From contig CBDDCH010000001.1 in NCBI GenBank assembly GCA_965226215.1, forward strand, positions 34,761 through 98,760: 64,000 bases of DNA, written 5' to 3'. The notes under the pieces are model-generated. The model ran no database searches, was not told the origin of the DNA, and worked only from the letters and a program-made list of their open reading frames with translations. The translations under genes were made by a program, and so were the position numbers. Below, piece after piece: positions 40,773 to 49,323 of the stretch (position 1 is its first letter; every line of letters starts with the position of its first letter). This DNA comes from Bryobacterales bacterium (GTDB lineage: Bacteria; Acidobacteriota; Terriglobia; Bryobacterales; UBA6623).

Positions 40773-42871
40773 ATAACTCCTATCGGTTGGGAATCGACAT
40801 TGGCGGAACCTTCACGGATGCCGTGCTGGTGTCCGAGGAGACCGGCGAGGTACAGATCGCCAAGGTGCCGTCGACGCCGAAAGATCCGTCCATCGGCTTC
40901 CTAAACGCGCTGACGAGAATCTTGGAGAAAGCTGAACTGGAACCGGAAAGTGTTTCTTTTCTGGTGCACGGCACCACTGTCGCCACGAATTTGCTCATCG
41001 AAGGAAAGACCCCCAAGACGGCGTTCATCACCACCGCCGGTTTCGGGGACATGCTCGAAATCGCCCGTCAAGTTCGACCGTCGCTTTACGACGTGCATTT
41101 CGAGAAACCCCGGCCCCTGGTTCCTCGAAACCTCGCCTATGAAGTGTCCGAACGGCTGGATGCCCAGGGCAGCGTCCTGCTTGCGCTGGACCCGTCGAGC
41201 GTGGAGCGGATCGCGGAGGAACTCCAGAACGAGGAGGTCGCGTCGGTTGCGGTGTGCCTGCTCCACTCCTACAGCAATGCGGCCCACGAGCAGCAAGTTC
41301 GCGACATCCTGCTGAAGCAAAACCCCCACCTTACTGTTTCGCTCTCGTCGGACGTTCTGCCGGAGTTTCGCGAGTACTTCCGTGCCAGCACAACCGTCGT
41401 CAACGCCTGTTTGCGTCCCGTCGTCGAGTCCTATTTGACGGACCTTGCGACTCGACTGAAGACCCAACGTGTTCAGGCTGAGCTGCTCGTCATGCAGTCG
41501 AATGGAGGTGTGCTGACCTTCAAGACCGCGGCCGAAAAACCGGTCTACATGGTGGAGTCCGGGCCCGCGGCAGGGGTGATCGCGGCCAACTATGTCGCCG
41601 CAGCGGCCGGGCAGCGGGACTTGATTTCCCTCGACATGGGAGGAACGACCACCAAGGTGGGATTGGTTCTCGACGGTCAACCGAAGATCACTACGGAGTA
41701 TGAGCTGGGAACTGAGGCTGTGGCAGGGTTCGGGGAGTCGCGCGGCAGCGGATACCCGATTCGGACGCCGGTGATCGATCTGGTGGAGATCGGTGCGGGG
41801 GGCGGCAGTATCGCTTGGGTCGATTCGGGGAATATCCTTCGCGTAGGCCCGCAAAGCGCCGGTGCGGAGCCGGGGCCCATTTGCTACGGCCGGGGCGGCA
41901 GGGAGCCGACCCTCACTGACTCCAACCTGGTGCTCGGTCGCATCAACCCTCATTACTTTCTCGGCGGCGAGATGGAGCTGGACAGTGAAGCTGCGGCTGA
42001 AGGGGTCCGTGAGAAGTGTGGGAAACGGATGGGCTGGGACGCGGTCGCCGCCGCCAACGGCATCGTTGAAATCGCGAACGCCGCCATGATCAACGCCTTA
42101 CGGCTAGTTTCGGTGAGGCGAGGCTACGACCCTCGCGAGTTGGCGATGGTCGCTTTCGGCGGCGCGGCCCCGCTTCACGCCAATCGACTTGTGGCCGAGA
42201 TGCAGATCCCTCTTCTCATCATTCCTCCGAGCCCTGGCACTACGTCGGCTCTGGGGTTGCTGGTGACTGACCTGCGGCACGCATTCTCACACACTCGGGT
42301 AACCAAACTGGATCGCGCGGAGCCACCAGGGATCACGCGCTTGTTCGACGCTATGGAGGACGAGGGTCGGCAGACGCTCGCTCGCGATGGCGTTCCTAAC
42401 GAACGGATACACTTGCAGCGAGAGATCGAGGCACGCTACGTCGGCCAGTCCCATGAAGTGTCGGTAGCCTGCCCCGGTGGGGAACTCACCGCGGAGTCCC
42501 TCCGCGAGGTGGCGGCACGCTTTCACCAGGGACATGAGCAAGCCTATGGACACTCCTACTCGCAGGAAGAGGTCGAGCTGGTCACGTTTCGTGTCACGAC
42601 GATCGGGTCGATCGAGAAGCCGAAGCCTCGCGCGCTGGCGGATCGTGGGTTCAATCTGGAGCAGGCGCAGCGCGAAGTCCGTCCGGTTTTCTTTGCCGAA
42701 GAGAAGCGCTTCCAGCCAACGGCGATCTACGATCGCTATCGGCTGTCTCCCGGCCAGAGCTTCGAAGGTCCTGCGATTGTGGAGGAGATCGACTCCACCT
42801 CGCTGATCCACCCCGGCTTCCGGGCGGAGGTCGACCGATGCGGGAACCTGCTGGTGACTCCCCGATCTTGA
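40769..42871 (+). CDS. Hydantoinase A / oxoprolinase family ATP-binding subunit
   Basis: GIDIGGTFTD, HGTTVATN, ESGPAAG, DMGGTT, GAGGGSIA; ATGA overlap with the previous gene. Confidence 0.93.
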   Translation: MNNSYRLGIDIGGTFTDAVLVSEETGEVQIAKVPSTPKDPSIGFLNALTRILEKAELEPESVSFLVHGTTVATNLLIEGKTPKTAFITTAGFGDMLEIARQVRPSLYDVHFEKPRPLVPRNLAYEVSERLDAQGSVLLALDPSSVERIAEELQNEEVASVAVCLLHSYSNAAHEQQVRDILLKQNPHLTVSLSSDVLPEFREYFRASTTVVNACLRPVVESYLTDLATRLKTQRVQAELLVMQSNGGVLTFKTAAEKPVYMVESGPAAGVIAANYVAAAAGQRDLISLDMGGTTTKVGLVLDGQPKITTEYELGTEAVAGFGESRGSGYPIRTPVIDLVEIGAGGGSIAWVDSGNILRVGPQSAGAEPGPICYGRGGREPTLTDSNLVLGRINPHYFLGGEMELDSEAAAEGVREKCGKRMGWDAVAAANGIVEIANAAMINALRLVSVRRGYDPRELAMVAFGGAAPLHANRLVAEMQIPLLIIPPSPGTTSALGLLVTDLRHAFSHTRVTKLDRAEPPGITRLFDAMEDEGRQTLARDGVPNERIHLQREIEARYVGQSHEVSVACPGGELTAESLREVAARFHQGHEQAYGHSYSQEEVELVTFRVTTIGSIEKPKPRALADRGFNLEQAQREVRPVFFAEEKRFQPTAIYDRYRLSPGQSFEGPAIVEEIDSTSLIHPGFRAEVDRCGNLLVTPRS

Positions 42872-43026
42872 CGGACGCGGAGAAGAACGCCTTGGCGAAA
42901 CGGAACGAAGCCGACACAATGGACCGCATCCCGTTGCCTGGCTTCAATCCTTGGCTAGCTCTCGCTCTTCTCGTGATTGCCGGATTCCTCTACAACTGGT
43001 TGTGGGGTTTCATTCTGGGAGGGTAG
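42868..43026 (+). CDS. Small single-TM protein (possible symporter accessory subunit)
   Basis: TTGA overlap with the previous stop; one hydrophobic helix; lies directly before the symporter. Confidence 0.5.
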   Translation: MTDAEKNALAKRNEADTMDRIPLPGFNPWLALALLVIAGFLYNWLWGFILGG

Positions 43027-43031
43027 TTCGC

Positions 43032-44468
43032 TTGCACCCCATTCAACCATCCTGGTGGCTCATCCTGGTCTACCTGGTCTTGATGCTGGGGGTAGGTCTC
43101 TGGGGCCGAGGGAGGATCGCGACCACGGATGACATGGCCGTCGCCGGACGCCGCTCCGGCGTCTGGTTGATTGCCTTCTCCGTGGCGGCCACCTGGATCA
43201 ATGGCACCACCCTGATCGGTATTTCCGCCCTGGGGAGGGATTTCGGGCTGTGCGCTTACTGGGCGGGCGGCTCCTTTCTGTTGACCACGATCTGGATCGG
43301 GTTCTACATCATTCCTAGACTCCGCGAGACAGGCATCGTCACCATCCCAGAGCTGTTCGAGCGTTTCTTCGGTCCCAAGTACCGGTTGCTTTCCCTGTGT
43401 CTGGTTATTCTCCGGGACCTGGGGGTTACCGCCGGCACGATCGGAGCCCTAACGGTCGTTACGACCGGCTTGCTGGATATATCCGCGCTCGAAGCGCAGG
43501 CTCTGTGGCTCGGCGTGACGATTGTCTATGTCTTTCTGGGTGGCATGTGGGCCGTCTTGGTTACGGATGCGATCCAGTTCGTCATCATCATGGTCGCGAC
43601 TGTAGGCCTTCTGGCCGCGGGTTTCGCGCAGTTCGGCGGGGCGCGGGGCGTCGCTGCGCAAGTCGACCCGGAGATGCTGGGACTTCTCGGCAAAGCGGGA
43701 ATGGCTCAGGTCGCGGGGTGGGTCGTGATCGGGATCGCCGTCACGTGCGGGTACCAAGGGATCATACAACGGGGCCTCGCGGCTTCCAGTCCGGAAGTGG
43801 CACGGCGGGGCTTCCTCTACGGGGGGATCATCGGCACATTCTGGTACATGATTCCTCCTCTTCTTGGTGTGCTCGGTCAGGCGATGTACGGTGATGAAGT
43901 GAAAGCGGAAGACACGTTCGTGGAGGTGGCCTTTGGTGTTGCGGACGGGCAGTTGGCGACGATCGTTGTGGTCTGTGTTCTGGCGGCAAGCATGTCGACT
44001 TTGTCTTCGACCATCAACACAATGGCGTCCAACCTCACGATTGACATTTACAAACGATTCATGAACCCGCTGGCAAGCGTACGACGTCAGATCTGGGTCT
44101 ATCGGGTCAGCATTGTACTGGTGGGACTGCTGGCGACGGTCCTCTACTATGTCGTGCCGCTGCTGATCGAGTTGTTCTGGCTGGGAGGACGCATCATGGG
44201 GGCCTCCGTCGCTCCCGCTCTGGTCGCACTTGTTCTGTTCCCGAGCGTCAGACAAGCGCCAACGACAGTCCTGGCGGCAATGATCCTAGGTGCCACGACC
44301 GTAGCCTTATTGCAAATCTTTGGAGCCATTCAACAAATCGGGGCGGTCGTCATTGTCTGGCAGCTCGACCCAATACTGGTTGGCTTGCCGGTCGCGATTC
44401 TGATCCTCGCTTTGGGAACTCGGTACGAAACCAGATCCGGGAATCTGAGCAGCTGCGGGCCCCACTGA
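43032..44468 (+). CDS. Sodium:solute symporter (SSS) family protein
   Basis: D..VAGR, TIPELFERFF, YVFLGGMWAVLVTDAIQ, LAASMSTLSS...TIDIY; GGGAGG RBS before the TTG. Confidence 0.92.
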   Translation: MHPIQPSWWLILVYLVLMLGVGLWGRGRIATTDDMAVAGRRSGVWLIAFSVAATWINGTTLIGISALGRDFGLCAYWAGGSFLLTTIWIGFYIIPRLRETGIVTIPELFERFFGPKYRLLSLCLVILRDLGVTAGTIGALTVVTTGLLDISALEAQALWLGVTIVYVFLGGMWAVLVTDAIQFVIIMVATVGLLAAGFAQFGGARGVAAQVDPEMLGLLGKAGMAQVAGWVVIGIAVTCGYQGIIQRGLAASSPEVARRGFLYGGIIGTFWYMIPPLLGVLGQAMYGDEVKAEDTFVEVAFGVADGQLATIVVVCVLAASMSTLSSTINTMASNLTIDIYKRFMNPLASVRRQIWVYRVSIVLVGLLATVLYYVVPLLIELFWLGGRIMGASVAPALVALVLFPSVRQAPTTVLAAMILGATTVALLQIFGAIQQIGAVVIVWQLDPILVGLPVAILILALGTRYETRSGNLSSCGPH

Positions 44469-44714
44469 AGTCGATCGGAAAGAATGGCAGTGACTGCTGA
44501 GGCCAACCAAATCACAAAGACAAACAGAACGACGGAAGCGATTCACCGGACAAGAGCGTACGGCCGATGAGCCAAGACGAGCATCTCGATTGGGCCGTCG
44601 TCTCACCTCGACTTTGCGTCCCGCCACCGTTCCCGCACAGCGGCTAGCGGTCTTCATCTCCCATGGCTCCTGCTCATCCGTGGATCCAGGCTCTATTCCG
44701 AATCAGGTGGAAGC

Positions 44715-44860
44715 CAGTCGACGGTTGCTTGGTGGTAAGGCGATTTCCTGACAGGTATCCGGGGACAAGCGCTATGTAGTTCGTTTCGGGGGGCTTAGTC
44801 CTGCTCGCAGTCGCGGAACTCTTCGTACCAGTTCTCGACCACGCGGATGACCTGTTGGCC
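44715..44860 (-). pseudogene. 3' stub B of kinase gene plus conserved downstream sequence
   Basis: IRVVENWYEEFRDCEQD* followed by the shared ~65-nt tail ending TTACCACCA (minus strand). Confidence 0.8.
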
Positions 44861-44865
44861 ACCCG

Positions 44866-46044
44866 TCAATCCAGGATCGGCGCAATATCGGCGGGCGCCG
44901 AGCCCACTCGCACAACATCCACCCTGACCTCCGTGCGGGTGTCGATGATCGTTACCGTGTCGGCCGATTGGTCTGCAGTATAGAGGGTGATCCCATAAAC
45001 ACTCAACTTAATGCTTCTCGGGTTGGCGCCGACCCTGATGCTGCTGACGACGGAATGGTCAGCGGTATTGACGATGTGAACCATGCCGGAGTTCTCTGTC
45101 GTAGTCACGTAGGCGCGCGTCCCTCGATGATTGAACTTCACCGCCGTAGCCGCAGGGATGTCCTCAATCGTCGTGACCGGCTCGCGGGTCAGGGTGTCCA
45201 GCACGGTAACGGTATTATCCTCTGAATTCGGAACGTAAGCCAGCAGGCCGTCCGGCGAGACCGCTACCTGAAAAGGGCCGGCGCCGACCGGAACTGTCGC
45301 GACCACTGCACGGGACGTTGCATCGATCACCGAGAGAGAATTCAATCCGGAATTGACCACGTAAACTTGTCCGCCGTCCGGGCTGACGGCGACGCCATAG
45401 GGTTGACTGCCCTCCGCGAGCGTGATCGTGTCGGCCACGGAAAGCGCATCCGTGTCGATCACCGAAACAGAATCCGAGCCCAGGTTGCTCACATAACAGA
45501 GACTGCCATCCGGTGCGAAAGCGATCCCGGTTGGGTCTGTCCCGACAGGTACGACTCCGAGTTCGGCGGCCGTCTCCGAGTTGAGGACAGTGACGGAGTT
45601 GGCGGGTGCTCCGACAAAATATATGGGCACGCCGGCCCTCTGGCGCTTTGGCGGGTCTTGGAAGCCGACCCGCCGCGCCTCCTCTTTCAGTCCCAACGCA
45701 ATGAAAAACAAAGTGTTGGCGGAAGAATCTCCTTCGCTCGCCCGAACGTTTTGACCCGGGAGCGCCCAACGAAATGCAGGAAACCCCTCGCTCCAAAACC
45801 ACGCGCCAACGGGGCCTTCCAGGTGGGCGATCGCTATTGATCGAAGGAACGGACGCTCCGCAAACTCATGCTGCGCCCGTGGAGTCAAGTCCCGAAATGA
45901 ACCACAAGCTCTAACTGAAAAACTCACTGCTGTGCAGCCCAGTGCGGCCAACAGCGCGATCCCCACCAGTCGGGACCGCTTGGCACAGGGAGACGTTGAA
46001 GCTTGATTCCTTCCTTCCATGTTTCGCCGACCTTCGCCCCTCAC
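44866..46044 (-). CDS. YVTN beta-propeller repeat protein
   Basis: Repeated VG..P.G+A.SPDG..YV.N..S.SVSVID units. Confidence 0.85.
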   Translation of the reverse strand: MRGEGRRNMEGRNQASTSPCAKRSRLVGIALLAALGCTAVSFSVRACGSFRDLTPRAQHEFAERPFLRSIAIAHLEGPVGAWFWSEGFPAFRWALPGQNVRASEGDSSANTLFFIALGLKEEARRVGFQDPPKRQRAGVPIYFVGAPANSVTVLNSETAAELGVVPVGTDPTGIAFAPDGSLCYVSNLGSDSVSVIDTDALSVADTITLAEGSQPYGVAVSPDGGQVYVVNSGLNSLSVIDATSRAVVATVPVGAGPFQVAVSPDGLLAYVPNSEDNTVTVLDTLTREPVTTIEDIPAATAVKFNHRGTRAYVTTTENSGMVHIVNTADHSVVSSIRVGANPRSIKLSVYGITLYTADQSADTVTIIDTRTEVRVDVVRVGSAPADIAPILD

Positions 46045-47729
46045 CGGTAAAGCACTCCTTTGGCTGTTGTTGTAGCGGACAGAACTGCCCCGAAGTTCAA
46101 GCCCTCCGCCTCGAAGGCCGCCGGCTGTTGGGTCGGGATGGAAACAAGAACGAGAAAACCGACGGACCGTGTTCGCGAGATCCGACTTGTCGGCATATTG
46201 GCCAGGATGTAATCGGGGACGTTAAAAAACGTAGTGTCCCGCCGCGTCACGCAAGCGAACACTCCGGAGAAATTGGTGGGGTAGTCAACGCTAATCCCCA
46301 AGATCAGCACCTGCGCGTTCGTGCTCGACCAGCTCAACCGCACTCCCTCGGAGCGGACCAAAGTATCGATCTGCTCGCGATTGGTCCACATGACGGGGCT
46401 GGCTACACCGATCGTCGATTCAAAAGCTCCAACATCGCCGCCGCCTGCCCCGGCTACCTGGACCTGCCCGGGCTCCAGAAACAGGGCGCGCGCTGGCGCC
46501 GAGGCTATGTTGACGTTGTGTCCGAGTACGGCCCCATAGAAGGACACGTTTGCAGAGAAATCCGTTGCCTGAATCGTCTGATCTGCGCTTGAGACGGAAA
46601 TCGCACCCGCGTCCAACGCGGGCGCCGGTGTAAAGGGAACGAAGGCGTCCTCCAGAATGTCCCCTTTGAAGTTGTAGGCGGTGCAGCTCCCCGGCGGCGG
46701 CCAGGAGATGTCGGGGTCGAATACAAAAGGTCCGCCGGGCTTATTGCTGAAGCCGGCGAGGAGTTGATCAACGATGATATCGACCGGCTTGGCCGGAACG
46801 GTCTGATCCGAAACTTCGTGCCGCACCAGAAGGAGCGAGCCCATCCTGGCGCCGCTCACAAAGGGTGCCGAAAAAGGGTTGTGCACGTCTGAGCAGGCCC
46901 CTCCGTCTCTGTCAACCGCCATCGTCACTGTGTTGCTGACCGCGACGCCGCCAACGCGAAGTTGCACGGGCGTGAAGCACCCGGCAGGAGCGTTCTCCGG
47001 CACGGGAACGTTGATCTGATCCACGCCGGAACAGCAGGGAGTGCGTCCGGCGTAAGTGATCCCTGTGGCTTGGACGCCGCCGATGAAAACCTCGACTTCA
47101 AACGGCAGTGTGCCCACGGGCGGCGCTTCATTGTCGGGAGCTTCAATTGGTCCTAAGCCAGTCAACCAAATTGTTACCAACTGCCCGGGTCTCGCCGTCA
47201 CCGTCGTGGAGTTAATAGGCTGTTCTATCGCCGAGACGAAGTTTTGCAGAACGCCCGGGCCGATCCCAAATTGGTTCACCGTGAAGATGCCCGGGGCGTG
47301 ATCGACGACGCGAACCGGCGACGGATTGCTTGTTTCCCCGTTGAAGGTAACCCGGATTGACACCCATCCCACCGGGGTGCTTGAGGGCATGATCGCATTG
47401 CTTTGTCCCGCCACGACGAACAAAGGAATCGCGTTCACGGTCACCTCGCCCTGCGTCACCGTGATCGAGACCCCGGCCAGTTCCTCGCCGAGGGGGAACG
47501 ACGACACCTGCACGCCGATCGCGGGGCCCAGGTCCCTTCCGAAGATCGTGAAAACCGAACCGCGCGCGATGGCGCCACCAGGAGCGCCAGGCGGTGTAAA
47601 GGCAGCCGAGTTCAGGATGCCCTGTGTAAAGATCAGCGGGGTCGCCGAGAGGATCGACCCGGTCAGGAGCACTAGACACAGCAGCCGCAAGGATCGCACC
47701 GAGTGAGTGTGCAAGACCCTGATTGACAT
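46041..47729 (-). CDS. Secreted protein with Solibacter-type TIGR03437/IPT-like domain
   Basis: Signal peptide; ILNSAAF..GAIARGSVFTIFG..LG, APGIFT, ARPGQLVTIWLTGLG, YAGRTPCCSGVDQIN. Confidence 0.8.
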   Translation of the reverse strand: MSIRVLHTHSVRSLRLLCLVLLTGSILSATPLIFTQGILNSAAFTPPGAPGGAIARGSVFTIFGRDLGPAIGVQVSSFPLGEELAGVSITVTQGEVTVNAIPLFVVAGQSNAIMPSSTPVGWVSIRVTFNGETSNPSPVRVVDHAPGIFTVNQFGIGPGVLQNFVSAIEQPINSTTVTARPGQLVTIWLTGLGPIEAPDNEAPPVGTLPFEVEVFIGGVQATGITYAGRTPCCSGVDQINVPVPENAPAGCFTPVQLRVGGVAVSNTVTMAVDRDGGACSDVHNPFSAPFVSGARMGSLLLVRHEVSDQTVPAKPVDIIVDQLLAGFSNKPGGPFVFDPDISWPPPGSCTAYNFKGDILEDAFVPFTPAPALDAGAISVSSADQTIQATDFSANVSFYGAVLGHNVNIASAPARALFLEPGQVQVAGAGGGDVGAFESTIGVASPVMWTNREQIDTLVRSEGVRLSWSSTNAQVLILGISVDYPTNFSGVFACVTRRDTTFFNVPDYILANMPTSRISRTRSVGFLVLVSIPTQQPAAFEAEGLNFGAVLSATTTAKGVLYR

Positions 47730-47747
47730 GGCGTATCAATCCGAGAG

Positions 47748-47951
47748 CTTGGGATGGTCGAGCGGGGCGGCGGCCTCGGCTTCGCGCGGGAACCGGGTCT
47801 AGTCCTCTTCATTCTCCAGCGCCTCTTTGGAGAGGAACTTGAGCGCGACGGTGCGTCGGAGTTTGAGATCCTCGGCCTTGTAGACCACACCCATCCCGCC
47901 TTCGCCGAGCTTTTCGGTGATCTTGTAGTGGCTGATGGTTTGGCCGATCAT
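47748..47951 (-). pseudogene. 5' stub of Ser/Thr protein kinase
   Basis: [40 protein letters not shown]...D*TRFPREAEAAAPLDHP, then an abrupt end about 20 bp before the next gene. Confidence 0.9.
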
Positions 47952-47961
47952 CGACGGCTCA

Positions 47962-47991
47962 ATTGTACCGCTGTGGGATAGATGGTGGTAA
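47962..47991 (-). promoter_or_regulatory. Putative promoter of kinase unit (TTACCA-N18-TACAAT), 10 nt before ATG
   Basis: Minus-strand TACAAT at 47962-47967. The same box and spacing are conserved at 54142-54147. Confidence 0.5.
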
Positions 47992-48097
47992 CAAGCCATC
48001 GCGCTAGCTATCCGATTCAAGGCCATGGTAACTCAATAGAACGAGGGGTTTTCAGCTCTTCCGACGACGTGGAAAAGGGCGTCTAACGGGCGTTTGT

Positions 48098-48225
48098 TGG
48101 TGGTAACGCGATTAATCAACAGTTATCGGCCCACAGGCGCTATCTAGTTCGTTTCAGGAGACTTAGTCCTACCCGCGGTCGCGGAACTCTTCGTACCAAT
48201 TTTAGACCACCCGGATCTTCGGTAT
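48098..48225 (-). pseudogene. 3' stub C of kinase gene plus conserved downstream sequence
   Basis: PKIRVV*NWYEEFRDRG*D* (two nonsense changes) followed by the shared tail. Confidence 0.8.
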
Positions 48226-48240
48226 TGGGTCTCGGCGACC

Positions 48241-49323
48241 TCACGGGCCGGCGATCGCTATGCTCGACGTATCCCCTTCCATCTCGCTGGGCATGCGGAT
48301 TGTAAGCGGAACCTGATCACCTGCCTGCGCCTCCAAAGGTACCCGGGCGTTAATCTGATACAACCCCGAAAAGCTGGGCGCCAACCCGGAGAAATCAACT
48401 CTCGCCTGGATTCCTCCGATCGTCACCTCGGGCGTCTCAACCGTGTTGTACCCGCCAGGGGCTAGCATTCCCGTCGGCAAGGGATCGCCCGCCGGGTCGC
48501 CACCCGGTGTGGCCTTGCCCAGACCGGTAACGAAGATCTGTAGTATCACGCCCGGAGACACCGGCTCCCCGCAATCGGCTAAAGGAGCCACCCCGCCCGC
48601 CTTGCAGTTCGTCGGGATGCCCAGCGTGGCCGCTGTCGAAGCGGGAATGGCCAGATGCCTGGTTGGCCCACGATTCGGGACGTCGGGGTCGAAGGCAACC
48701 AAAGCCGCCGCGTAAATGCGGCCCACCGGGTCGGCGCGATAAATACCCGTGCTCGCCGGCGCCATCGCCAGCATGAACACATCGCTGGTTCCCGCCGAAT
48801 TCGTGACCTCCACTTGAACCTGGTCCATCTCGGGCAGATCGGTCGGCGCCAGGACGTTGATCTGAGGGAAGGGAGTCGCTCCAAACACGCCAAACAGCGG
48901 CGCGGCCGTGCCGTCAAACAGGACCGATATTCCCTCCGCCTCGAATTGAGTGGAAGGGAACAGAAAGTCCTGATTGATCATGCCGAAGTCCTGGCCGAAA
49001 ACGGCCAGGATGGAACCAGGCGCCGCCGGTGCGTTGGCGAGAAAACTGGCGCTGCTAACGATGCCTCCGACGGTCGGTGAGACGGCCGGTGACACCGTAA
49101 CCTGTCGCCGCAACAGGTTGCCTGAGGCGTCGTAGGTGTAGTTGATCGCACTTCCTCCACCATAGTCGGCGGCGATCAACCGGCCGGCCTCGTCGTAGCG
49201 GTACTGGACGGTGGTCTGGGCCGACAGGCAACTTGCCGCGAGAAGGAACAGGCAGCATTTCCAAAGTTCGTTCATCGCTCTCTTCGTTACGTCTTCATCG
49301 CTTCGTGCCGGTTCGTCATTCAT
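48241..49323 (-). CDS. Secreted protein: short YD/RHS repeat fused to TIGR03437-type domain
   Basis: Signal peptide; YRYDEAGRL...YTYDASGNL; then VSSASF..APGSILAVFG, LQIFVTGLG, SGLAPSFSGLYQIN. Alternative start at 49275. Confidence 0.8.
   Translation of the reverse strand: MNDEPARSDEDVTKRAMNELWKCCLFLLAASCLSAQTTVQYRYDEAGRLIAADYGGGSAINYTYDASGNLLRRQVTVSPAVSPTVGGIVSSASFLANAPAAPGSILAVFGQDFGMINQDFLFPSTQFEAEGISVLFDGTAAPLFGVFGATPFPQINVLAPTDLPEMDQVQVEVTNSAGTSDVFMLAMAPASTGIYRADPVGRIYAAALVAFDPDVPNRGPTRHLAIPASTAATLGIPTNCKAGGVAPLADCGEPVSPGVILQIFVTGLGKATPGGDPAGDPLPTGMLAPGGYNTVETPEVTIGGIQARVDFSGLAPSFSGLYQINARVPLEAQAGDQVPLTIRMPSEMEGDTSSIAIAGP

Noticed and set aside
44485-44515. Third kinase 5' stub ahead of the hydantoinase module (minus strand LVGLSSHC)
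   Set aside because: Only a faint resemblance to MIGQTISHY and no TACAAT box; too weak to call.
48077-48165. Classical integron attC site (GTTAGAC core on the minus strand at about 48081-48087)
   Set aside because: No matching RYYYAAC with a paired hairpin, and the core is absent from stubs A and B.
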